64,000 nucleotides of DNA from Pyrinomonadaceae bacterium (GTDB lineage: Bacteria; Acidobacteriota; Blastocatellia; Pyrinomonadales; Pyrinomonadaceae), in contig JBKBYA010000002.1 in NCBI GenBank assembly GCA_046313635.1, positions 160,001 to 224,000 on the forward strand, written 5' to 3'. Positions 20,881 through 29,279 of this stretch are shown one piece after another; the first letter of the stretch is position 1; each line of letters begins with the position of its first letter. The notes beneath the pieces are model-generated. The model had not been told where the DNA came from, searched no databases, and worked only from the letters and a program-made list of their open reading frames with translations. The position numbers and the translations under genes are program-made.

Positions 20881-22212
20881 TCAACTATTCAAACCCGACA
20901 CAAGATCGTCTATCTGGCCCTTTGACGTCGTCTCGGTCACGCAGACCAGGAACTCGTTTGCGCGGCCCGGGTAGTACTTCGACAACGCCAAGCCGCCGAT
21001 GATGCCCTTGTCGCGGAGCGACGCGAGAATGTCGTTTGACGACCGCGGGCCGCGGACGACGAACTCATTGAATGTCGGCGACGAAAAGACGATCTCGTAA
21101 CCGTCAACGCCGGCGATCCGCTGCTTTGCGTAAGCGGCCTTTTGCGCGTTCTGCAGCGCCACTTCCTGCAGACCTTTCTTGCCCATCGCTTCCATATAGA
21201 TGGTCGCGGCGAGAGCGATCAGGCCCTGGTTGGTGCAGATGTTTGACGTCGCTTTTTCGCGGCGTATGTGCTGCTCGCGGGTCGAGAGCGTCAACACGAA
21301 TCCGCGCTTGCCGTTCTTGTCGTAGGCCACGCCGGCGAGGCGGCCGGGCATCTGGCGAACATACTTTTCTTTGGTCGCAAAGAGGCCGACGTGCGGGCCG
21401 CCAAAGCTCATCGGGATGCCGAACGACTGGCCTTCGCCGACGACGATATCGGCGCCGCATTCGCCCGGAGTCTTGAGCAGGCCGAGCGAGATCGCTTCGG
21501 TGACGACGACGACGAAAAGAGCTCCGACGGCGTGCGCCTTTTCGGCGAGCGACGTGAGGTCCTCGATGCAGCCGAAGAAGTTTGGCGACTGCACGACAAG
21601 CGCGGCGGTCTTGTCGTCGAGCGCCGAGAGATCGCCGACGCGTCCCGTCGCGTTGTCGAAGGCAGCGGTCACGATCTCGGTATCGCCGTGCTGCGTGTAG
21701 GTCGCGGCGACCTCGCGATACTCGGGATGGACCGACTCGACGACGACTATACGGTCGCGCCGCGTTACGCGCTGCGCCATCAAGTATGCCTCGGCCATCG
21801 CGGTCGAACCGTCGTACATCGACGCGTTCGCGACCTCCATTCCGGTGAGCTGGCAGACGAGCGTCTGAAACTCGAAGATGTACTGCAGCGTGCCCTGCGA
21901 GATCTCGGGCTGATACGGCGTGTACGAGGTAAAGAACTCGGAACGCTGGATCAGGTGATCGACGATCGTCGGCGAGTAGTGCGAGTAAACGCCCGCGCCG
22001 AGAAACGAAGTCTTGCCGACCGCCGTATTCTTTGCAGCCATCGCTTCCATCTCGGCGATCACTTCTGGTTCTGCGAGCGGGTCGGTTACGTTCAGCGGGC
22101 GGTCGAGCTGGACCGCTTCGGGGATGGACCGGAAAAGATCCTTTTCCGACGTGAGCCCGACAGCGGCGAGCATTTCTTTACGCTCCTCGGGCGAGTTTGG
22201 AATGTACCTCAT
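20881..22212 (-). CDS. gcvPA: glycine dehydrogenase (decarboxylating) subunit 1
   Basis: SFLGAG, YTPYQPEISQGTLQ, NASMYDG, REQHIRREKATSNICTNQ. Confidence 0.96.
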   Translation of the reverse strand: MRYIPNSPEERKEMLAAVGLTSEKDLFRSIPEAVQLDRPLNVTDPLAEPEVIAEMEAMAAKNTAVGKTSFLGAGVYSHYSPTIVDHLIQRSEFFTSYTPYQPEISQGTLQYIFEFQTLVCQLTGMEVANASMYDGSTAMAEAYLMAQRVTRRDRIVVVESVHPEYREVAATYTQHGDTEIVTAAFDNATGRVGDLSALDDKTAALVVQSPNFFGCIEDLTSLAEKAHAVGALFVVVVTEAISLGLLKTPGECGADIVVGEGQSFGIPMSFGGPHVGLFATKEKYVRQMPGRLAGVAYDKNGKRGFVLTLSTREQHIRREKATSNICTNQGLIALAATIYMEAMGKKGLQEVALQNAQKAAYAKQRIAGVDGYEIVFSSPTFNEFVVRGPRSSNDILASLRDKGIIGGLALSKYYPGRANEFLVCVTETTSKGQIDDLVSGLNS

Positions 22213-22290
22213 TTTCGATTTCCGATTTTCGATTTGCGATCGTCGAGCCGGATCCGCGCAATCGCAAATCGCAAGTCGAAAATCGCAAAT
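22211..22290. repeat. inverted heptamer tandem array
   Basis: attttcg atttccg attttcg atttgcg versus atcgcaa atcgcaa gtcgaaa atcgcaa; fills the gcvH-gcvPA gap. Confidence 0.85.
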
Positions 22291-22296
22291 AAAAGG

Positions 22297-22686
22297 CTAA
22301 GAATTAGCCGCCAGATACTCTTCGTACTCCACGGCCGTGAGTAGGGCGTCGGCCGCGCCGGCATTGTCCATACGGACCTTGACCATCCAGCCGGAGCCGT
22401 ACGGGTCGGAGTTGACGGCTTCGGGCGTGTCGTTGAGCGCTTCGTTGACCTCGACGACCTCGCCGGCGACCGGCGTAAAGATCTCTGATACGGCCTTGAC
22501 CGACTCGACCGATCCAAACGCCTCATGAGCGCCAAACCTGTCGCCGACGCGAGGCATATCGATGTAAACGACGTCGCCCAGCGAAGATTGTGCATAGTCG
22601 GTGATCCCGATCGTGGCGACGTCGCCCTCGACGGCGACCCACTCGTGGTCCTTTGTGTAACGCAGATTTTCTGGAATGTTAGACAT
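22297..22686 (-). CDS. gcvH: glycine cleavage H protein
   Basis: YTKDHEW, GITDYAQ, ESVKAVS (lipoyl lysine), VNSDPYGSGW. Confidence 0.97.
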   Translation of the reverse strand: MSNIPENLRYTKDHEWVAVEGDVATIGITDYAQSSLGDVVYIDMPRVGDRFGAHEAFGSVESVKAVSEIFTPVAGEVVEVNEALNDTPEAVNSDPYGSGWMVKVRMDNAGAADALLTAVEYEEYLAANS

Positions 22687-22806
22687 AGATTTGTTCGATA
22701 CCTGTTTCGAAGTTCGCCTGTCTGAGGCGGGAAAATTGACGCGAGAAGCTTTTGGCCGCGTGTCTCAGCCGTCACGACAAAACGCTTGCGATCTGCGGTC
22801 GAGGCG

Positions 22807-23925
22807 CTACTTGTCGCGTTTGTAAAAAGGCGTCGGCACGACGACCGCGCTCAGCATCTTGCCCCTTACGTCGATTTTAATTTCCTGCCCTGCATTTGCA
22901 AATTCGACCGGCACGAAGGCAAGGCCGATGTTCTTTTTCAGGAACGGCGCCGGGCTGCCCGAGGTAACCTGGCCGACCTTTTTGTCGCCTGCGTAAACGT
23001 CGCAGCCGTCGCGGGCGATGCCCTTGTCGGTCATCTCAAAGCCGACGAGCTTGCGCGTAAGGCCGGCCTCTTTTTGCTTTTTCAAAACGTCCGAGCCGAT
23101 AAAGTCGCCCTTCTGCAGCTTGACGATCCACCCGAGGTTTGCCTCGAGCGGCGAGATGTCGTCGCCGAGCTCATGACCGTAGAGCGACATCGCGGCCTCG
23201 AGCCGCAGCGTGTTGCGCGCCGCGAGGCCCGCGGGCAGTATCCCGCCCTCGCTGCCAAGGCCGCCTGTCTCGAGCATCTTGTTCCAGAGCTGCACGGCCT
23301 TGTCCGCCGCGGCGTAAACTTCAAAACCGTCCTCGCCGGTGTAACCCGTCCGCGAGATGATCGACTCGACGTCGTCCACGCGGCCGGTAGTGAAGTGGTA
23401 ATACTTGATCGATGAGAGGTCAGTCTCCGTCAGCTTTTGCAAGATGTCGATCGCGTTCGGACCCTGAATGGCGATCTGGCAATAGTCGGCGCTGACGTTC
23501 GTCAACGCGACGTCCTCGCCCTCCCGTTTGTGAGACGTGACCCAATCCCAATCCTTCTCGGTCGTGCCGGCGTTGACGACGAGCAAAAGCTTTTCCGGCC
23601 CGAAGCGGTAGACGAGCAGATCGTCTACGACGCCGCCTCTCTCGTTGGTCATCGCCGAATAGTGTGCCTGGCCGTCGACGAGCTTGGTCACGTCGTTGGT
23701 CGTCAGGCGATTGACGAAGGCGATCGCGTCGCGGCCCTCGACCCAGAATTCGCCCATGTGCGAGACGTCGAAAAGCCCGGCGGCCGTCCGCGTGCGCAGA
23801 TGCTCTTCGATCACTCCGGCCGGGTACTGCACGGGCATATCCCACCCGCCGAAATTGACCATTTTGCCGCCCAGATCGCGGTGGACCTGGTTCAGCGGGG
23901 TCTGCTTAAGCTCTTCAGAGGACAT
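22807..23925 (-). CDS. gcvT: aminomethyltransferase
   Basis: FGGWDMPVQY, LFDVSHMGE, SRTGYTGEDGFE, ARNTLRLEA; start set at MSSEELKQTPL. Confidence 0.96.
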   Translation of the reverse strand: MSSEELKQTPLNQVHRDLGGKMVNFGGWDMPVQYPAGVIEEHLRTRTAAGLFDVSHMGEFWVEGRDAIAFVNRLTTNDVTKLVDGQAHYSAMTNERGGVVDDLLVYRFGPEKLLLVVNAGTTEKDWDWVTSHKREGEDVALTNVSADYCQIAIQGPNAIDILQKLTETDLSSIKYYHFTTGRVDDVESIISRTGYTGEDGFEVYAAADKAVQLWNKMLETGGLGSEGGILPAGLAARNTLRLEAAMSLYGHELGDDISPLEANLGWIVKLQKGDFIGSDVLKKQKEAGLTRKLVGFEMTDKGIARDGCDVYAGDKKVGQVTSGSPAPFLKKNIGLAFVPVEFANAGQEIKIDVRGKMLSAVVVPTPFYKRDK

Positions 23926-23947
23926 AGATAAGGAAGTGCGAAAAGTG

Positions 23948-23976
23948 AAGTTATCACGCTGAAAATACAGAGTCAA
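23948..23976 (-). promoter_or_regulatory. sigma70-type promoter of gcvT
   Basis: TTGACT, 17 bp, TAACTT on the minus strand, about 20 bp before the ATG; an upstream terminator lies at 24016-24043. Confidence 0.55.
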
Positions 23977-24072
23977 AAAACTGCTCCGAGAGCTCCGTTC
24001 GCCATCGTCGCATACAAAAACGGCGGCCTTCCGTGACCGCCGTCACCGCTGTTTGCGGGGTGGCTCAGCGCG

Positions 24073-24648
24073 TCATTTATCTTTTGGCTCGGCGGGAAGT
24101 TTGGCGGCGGCGTCGATCACCTGTTCGCACGATTCGATCGCGTCGATGATCACGCCCTTTTCGCGCTCGTCTTTGGATCGCTCGAGAAGGGTTTTAAAGA
24201 CCGGCAGATAGCGCCTCGACGAAGCGGCGAGCGAACGGACGGCGGCGGGGAAGCGCTGGGCGTCGCGCTTTTTCTGCTTTTCGGTGCGGTCCTTGTCGAG
24301 AGAGTAGTCGGTCGGGTGCTCGAACGAGTTGTCGATGTCGTCGATAGCCTTTTGGATCAGCCGGCGAATATCGTCGAGCAGCTCGAGCCGCGTACCGGAC
24401 GGAGCGGGCCCCCATTTTTCGGATTCTTTAATGGGCTTTGGATTCGCGGTATCCGTCTTGAGCGCCGTGAAGCGGCGCTCGATCATCGCGGTCAAGACCT
24501 CGATGCGCTCGTCGATGTCCTGCGCGTCGCGGACGAGCTCGATCTCCTCCTCGGTCATATAATCGCGGCGCTGGCCGGCGGCGCGGTCGGATAGAGAGGT
24601 CATCAGCCCCAGCATCAAGAGCCCGATACAGAAGATCTTGGTACGCAT
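24073..24648 (-). CDS. hypothetical secreted helical protein
   Basis: Signal peptide MRTKIFCIGLLMLG...AAG-Q; charged amphipathic helices. Confidence 0.75.
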   Translation of the reverse strand: MRTKIFCIGLLMLGLMTSLSDRAAGQRRDYMTEEEIELVRDAQDIDERIEVLTAMIERRFTALKTDTANPKPIKESEKWGPAPSGTRLELLDDIRRLIQKAIDDIDNSFEHPTDYSLDKDRTEKQKKRDAQRFPAAVRSLAASSRRYLPVFKTLLERSKDEREKGVIIDAIESCEQVIDAAAKLPAEPKDK

Positions 24649-24674
24649 AATTTGGATGATAAAGAAACGTGACG

Positions 24675-25256
24675 TCATCCCGGCTGGCCGGCATCGCCGA
24701 AGAGCGGCTCGAGCGAGCGCCGGCGTGCTTCGCTGACGTACTTTTGCAGACTGACGATGTAGGACTCGAACCGGGCGGGCATCTGCCGCCGCAGGCCTTC
24801 GAGCCTGGGAACAAATCCGCGCAGGCCGATCTCGAAACGTTTGAGCGAGCTGAGCCGCCGCGAATCGGGATACGAGCGAAGTAAGAAATCGAGATTGTTA
24901 TCCACCAGTCCCTGAAAGCCGCCGAGCTCGGCAAATGCGAGCGCGAAGTTCTCGTCGGTGCTGTACTTCTCGGCAGACTTAAGCCGGGCGTCCATCAGGC
25001 CGATCGCGATGTTGGTGCGTTCCCTGACGTCGCGTTTGGAGTTGAGCATCTCCTTTTCGCTCTTTGAGAGCATCTTGAGCGGCGGCGGCTCGACATCGAT
25101 ATCGTTGATCTGCGCGCCGGCGAACGACGAGCAAAACACGAAGAGCAGCGCGACACCAAAAAGCCGCGCCGCCCGGCCGAGCGGCCCGGCGGCCGAGTTC
25201 TGCTGACGAGTTGATATTGGGACGTGTCTAGCCGGCACTGCCTTTTCCCTTCGCAT
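24675..25256 (-). CDS. hypothetical secreted helical protein (start uncertain)
   Basis: Signal-like LFGVALLFVFCSSFAGA-Q; shares an N-terminal motif with the downstream gene. Confidence 0.7.
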   Translation of the reverse strand: MRREKAVPARHVPISTRQQNSAAGPLGRAARLFGVALLFVFCSSFAGAQINDIDVEPPPLKMLSKSEKEMLNSKRDVRERTNIAIGLMDARLKSAEKYSTDENFALAFAELGGFQGLVDNNLDFLLRSYPDSRRLSSLKRFEIGLRGFVPRLEGLRRQMPARFESYIVSLQKYVSEARRRSLEPLFGDAGQPG

Positions 25257-26670
25257 TCTTGACCAGCTTCTGAAGCGCCGGCAGGCGGAGGTCGACCTTT
25301 TCGATCTCGAGCTTGTGCTTTTCCTGGTCGGCCCGTTTCAGAAACTGCTGATAATTTGCCATCGCGTCCAGGTATTCTCCAAGCTGATCGTGGCAGATGG
25401 CAAGAAAAAAGTAGGTTATCGCGATGTCAGGCTGTCGGGATGACAGCCAGCGAAATTCCGCCGCGGCCGGCGCGTACTGCTTGGATTGAAAGAGCGCCGT
25501 CGCGAGATTTGCACGAATGGTGTAATTGTCTGGCGCGGCGTCGGCCAGACGGCGGAGCAGCGAGATCGCCTCGTCGTAGCGCCGGGCCTGTACGAGGGCG
25601 GCACCGTAGCCGACGGCATGCTGGATCTTGTCCGGCTCGGCCCTTGACGCCCGAAGGCAGTAGTCGAGCGAGCGTGCCGGATCGGACGTACGATAGAGTG
25701 CGCAGAGACGGCCGAGGATCACGGCGTTGGTCGGGTCGTCCTTGAGCCGCAGCTCAAGGTCCTCGGGCGAGGTCGCACGGCGCGTGTCGAGAAGCGCGCG
25801 GATCGAATTGGTCTCGGCGTCGCTGCGGCCGACCTTTGAGAGCAGTGCCGCAGCCTCGTCGTCGCGGCCGGCGGCGACTGCAGCCTTTGTCTTAAGGATC
25901 GTAAGGTCGTCGTCCTGACCCTTGGCCGGCGCGATCGACGCCGCGATCGCGTCGGCGAGAGCTATGTCGCCCGAGGCGATCGCGATCTCGGCCTTTTGAA
26001 ACAATGCGTCACGACTGCGCGGGTCGATCTCGAGTGCGGAGGCGACGCTTGCACGAGCGGACGCCAGATCGCCGAGCCGGGCCTCTATTCTGGAACGCGC
26101 GACCCAAAGCGCGGCGGTCGGCGATGCCTTGGCAGTGAAGTTTCTGAGCCGCGCCAGCAGATCGATAAGTGCGGGCCTGTCACCGGCGCTGCGGAGACGC
26201 AGGTTTGCAAGAGCGACGAAGGCGGGCAGATTTTGCGGGTCAAGCTCGATCGCCCTTGCGAGCGTCTCGTCGGCGTCCTTGTACTTGCCGAGGCGCGTCA
26301 GCAGGTCGCCAAGCGCCGCGAGCGGCAGCGTCCATTCGGGACGCAGCTCCGACGCCCGGCGGTAGGCCGACTCGGCCTCGGGCAGGCGTCCGAGAGCGAG
26401 CAGTGCGGCGCCGCGCTGGTAATGGGCCTCGGGAAATTCGGGCATCACCCTGATAGCGTCGTCATAAAGAGCGAGAGCTTTTTGGAGATCTCCCTTTTCG
26501 TGAGATTCCTGTCCGCTGTTAAAAAACTCGATCGCCCTCTCGGCAGGTGAGGCGACGGGCTCGTCCTGCGCGTTCGCCGCCGCGACGAACAGAAGCGTCG
26601 TCACAAGCGCGGCGGCAAGGATCGAACGTAATTGAAAGAGCCTCTTTGTGAATGAAGTGAGAAAAAGCAT
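25228..26670 (-). CDS. exported TPR-repeat protein
   Basis: Repeated TPR units (AHYQRGAALLALGRLPEAESAYRRASELRP); signal ending ANA-Q; start set at MLFLTS. Confidence 0.88.
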   Translation of the reverse strand: MLFLTSFTKRLFQLRSILAAALVTTLLFVAAANAQDEPVASPAERAIEFFNSGQESHEKGDLQKALALYDDAIRVMPEFPEAHYQRGAALLALGRLPEAESAYRRASELRPEWTLPLAALGDLLTRLGKYKDADETLARAIELDPQNLPAFVALANLRLRSAGDRPALIDLLARLRNFTAKASPTAALWVARSRIEARLGDLASARASVASALEIDPRSRDALFQKAEIAIASGDIALADAIAASIAPAKGQDDDLTILKTKAAVAAGRDDEAAALLSKVGRSDAETNSIRALLDTRRATSPEDLELRLKDDPTNAVILGRLCALYRTSDPARSLDYCLRASRAEPDKIQHAVGYGAALVQARRYDEAISLLRRLADAAPDNYTIRANLATALFQSKQYAPAAAEFRWLSSRQPDIAITYFFLAICHDQLGEYLDAMANYQQFLKRADQEKHKLEIEKVDLRLPALQKLVKNAKGKGSAG

Positions 26671-26807
26671 TTCGGGTCGCGAGGTGACGGGCACGGTCCG
26701 CTGCACGCGGGATCTGGCGGTAGGAAACATCGGTTGCCTTAGGCACATCGCTAAGCTAAGATTTTTAACTTGCATTTGCATCGCTGCCAAACGCAATCCT
26801 GGACATA

Positions 26808-27665
26808 ATGACCGTCGCTCGCCAAAAGTCCTCAAAATTCATCCCAGACAGAAGTGTCATTGAAAAGGAAGAGAAGCTGCGGGCTTTGATGCGCGGGCCC
26901 GGCCGAGTGTTGGTAGCCTATTCCGGCGGCGTCGACAGCGCTTACCTTGCCTTTGTCGCAGCCGGTGAGCTCGACAGCGGTGCGACCTGCGTTCTCGGCG
27001 TCTCGCCGAGCGTGTCGGCGGCGCAGATCGCGGCCGCGGAAGCGTTTGCACAGCGTCATTCTCTGACGCTGCGAAAGGTCGACACAAATGAGCTCGACGA
27101 TCCGAGCTACGCGGCCAATCCGAGCAATCGCTGCTACTACTGCAAGACCGAGCTGTACGGAAAGCTCGCAGCGCTTGCCGAGGCCGAAGGCTTCGATGCG
27201 ATCTTCGACGGAGCCAATGTCGACGATCTCGGCGACCATCGCCCGGGCCGTAAGGCGGCCGGCGAAAAGGGCGTCCGCAGCCCGCTCATCGAGGCGGGGA
27301 TGACCAAACAGGACATTCGCGATATGAGCAGGTTTCACGGGCTCGAGACCTGGGACCGGCCGGCGAGTCCGTGCCTCTCGTCGCGCGTCGCGTACGGCGT
27401 GCACGTAACCATCGAACGTCTTTCAAAGATCGAACGAGCCGAAGCTGTGCTGCGGGATATGGGATTTAGAGAATTCCGCGTTCGCGTCCATGACGATCTG
27501 GCGCGCATCGAGATCGCGCGAGATGAAATGGCCAGGGCCCTGACGAGCGAATTCGTCGACGACGTGAACCGCAGCTTGACGGCGATCGGCTTCAGGTACA
27601 TTACGCTCGACCTGCGGGGCTTTAGGTCGGGTGCGTTGAACGAGACGATCAATTCGAACTTATAA
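26808..27665 (+). CDS. larE: LarE-family ATP-dependent sulfur transferase
   Basis: PP-loop AYSGGVDS, RCYYCK, DGANVDDLGDHRPG, SPCLSSR, GFRSGALN. Confidence 0.9.
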   Translation: MTVARQKSSKFIPDRSVIEKEEKLRALMRGPGRVLVAYSGGVDSAYLAFVAAGELDSGATCVLGVSPSVSAAQIAAAEAFAQRHSLTLRKVDTNELDDPSYAANPSNRCYYCKTELYGKLAALAEAEGFDAIFDGANVDDLGDHRPGRKAAGEKGVRSPLIEAGMTKQDIRDMSRFHGLETWDRPASPCLSSRVAYGVHVTIERLSKIERAEAVLRDMGFREFRVRVHDDLARIEIARDEMARALTSEFVDDVNRSLTAIGFRYITLDLRGFRSGALNETINSNL

Positions 27666-27691
27666 AAGCAGAATCTTAATTTGGAGAGTAT

Positions 27692-28987
27692 ATGAAGATG
27701 GCAAACCCTATGGCTGATGAGATGCGGCGCTTCACGGGCAGCGATGAAAAGAATCCGTTCGAGGCGATGAGCGAGCGTTTCGACCGGGCCGCACAACTGC
27801 TCGGCCTCGACCAAGACCTTTACGCCGTGATGCGCGTCCCGAGCCGCGAGATCAAGGTCTATATCCCGGTCAAGATGGATACGGGGCATATCCAGGTTTT
27901 TGAGGGCTTTCGCGTGCAGCACAACTTTGCGCGCGGCCCGGCAAAGGGCGGCATCCGCTACGCGCCGGACGTAACGCTCGACGAGGTCAAGGCCCTCGCG
28001 GCGTGGATGACATGGAAGTGCGCCGTGGTCAACGTACCGTTTGGCGGGGGCAAAGGAGGCATCATTTGTAACCCGGCCCAGATGTCGCTCGGCGAGCTCG
28101 AACGCCTGACCCGCCGCTACACGGCGGAGCTCATCGACTTCATCGGCCCGGACAAGGACGTGCCCGCGCCCGACATGAATACCAACGAGCAGACGATGGC
28201 GTGGGTGATGGACACCTATTCGATGCACGCCCGCCATACGGTCAACGCGGTCGTCACGGGCAAACCGGTGGCGATCGGCGGTTCGCTCGGCCGCCGAGAG
28301 GCGACGGGACGCGGCGTGATGTTCACGGTCAACGAAGCGATCAAACGCTTTGATCTGACGCCCGAGAAGACGACCGTGGTGGTTCAGGGCTCGGGCAACG
28401 TCGGCGGCATCGGAGCAGAGCTGATGCACGCTCACGGCTACAAGGTCGTCGCCATTTCCGACGTGGGCGGCGGCATTTACAACAGCGGCGGCCTCGATAT
28501 TCCCGCCGTTCTCGAGTACTGGAAGGAGAACCGCACCTTCGAGGGCTACCCAGAGGCCGACCACGTGGGCAACAAGGAATTGCTCGAGCTCGAGTGCGAC
28601 GTGCTCGCCCCTTGCGCGACCGAGAACCAGATCACCTCGGAGAACGCCGACCGCCTAAAATGCAAGATCCTCGCGGAGGGAGCCAACGGGCCGACCACGC
28701 CGCGAGCCGACAAGATCCTGCACGACAAGGGCGTTTTTGTCATCCCCGATATTCTTTGCAATGCCGGCGGCGTGACGGTCTCGTATTTTGAGTGGGTGCA
28801 GGACCGTATGGGTTATTTCTGGTCTGAATCGGAGGTCAACACTAGACTGGAGGAAAAAATGGTCGCGAGCTTTAACGAGCTGTGCCATTTTGCTTCGAAA
28901 CACGACGTCGACACCCGCACGGCCGCCTATATGCTAGCCATCGATCGGGTCGCCTACGACACGCGAATGAGAGGCATCTACGCATAA
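27692..28987 (+). CDS. gdhA: Glu/Leu/Phe/Val dehydrogenase, probably glutamate dehydrogenase
   Basis: [51 protein letters not shown]. Confidence 0.93.
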   Translation: MKMANPMADEMRRFTGSDEKNPFEAMSERFDRAAQLLGLDQDLYAVMRVPSREIKVYIPVKMDTGHIQVFEGFRVQHNFARGPAKGGIRYAPDVTLDEVKALAAWMTWKCAVVNVPFGGGKGGIICNPAQMSLGELERLTRRYTAELIDFIGPDKDVPAPDMNTNEQTMAWVMDTYSMHARHTVNAVVTGKPVAIGGSLGRREATGRGVMFTVNEAIKRFDLTPEKTTVVVQGSGNVGGIGAELMHAHGYKVVAISDVGGGIYNSGGLDIPAVLEYWKENRTFEGYPEADHVGNKELLELECDVLAPCATENQITSENADRLKCKILAEGANGPTTPRADKILHDKGVFVIPDILCNAGGVTVSYFEWVQDRMGYFWSESEVNTRLEEKMVASFNELCHFASKHDVDTRTAAYMLAIDRVAYDTRMRGIYA

Positions 28988-29026
28988 ATTAACTTTGCGT
29001 AAGATATTAAAAATGCTTGATTTTGC

Positions 29027-29081
29027 TTGGCAGGTGGGTTAACCTTTCGCAAGGGACATCGCCTGCCAAAGTTTTCTTTTT
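29027..29081 (+). terminator. terminator after gdhA
   Basis: TTGGCAGGTG / CGCCTGCCAA followed by GTTTTCTTTTT. Confidence 0.6.
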
Positions 29082-29279
29082 GTTGACTTTGGGTCAATGA
29101 TAATTATCTAATTATGAGCATTGACCTACAAGGTTGATCGCAGGCTCGGAGGTCCCCGGGTAGGGCCCGGCCGGCAGCGGCCAGGCTCGCGCGGTAGCTA
29201 ATACGAAGGTACTTTGTATTCAAATTTCTCAGTGGCTACGAGTTGAAATTTAACTTTTTATTTTCGGCGGAGGAATGAG

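Noticed and set aside
23926..24072. Glycine riboswitch upstream of gcvT
   Set aside because: The gap holds only a terminator and a promoter about 20 bp from the ATG; there is no room and no aptamer motif.
29096..29115. Fur box at AATGATAATTATCTAATT
   Set aside because: Only half matches the 7-1-7 consensus and the context is not iron-related.
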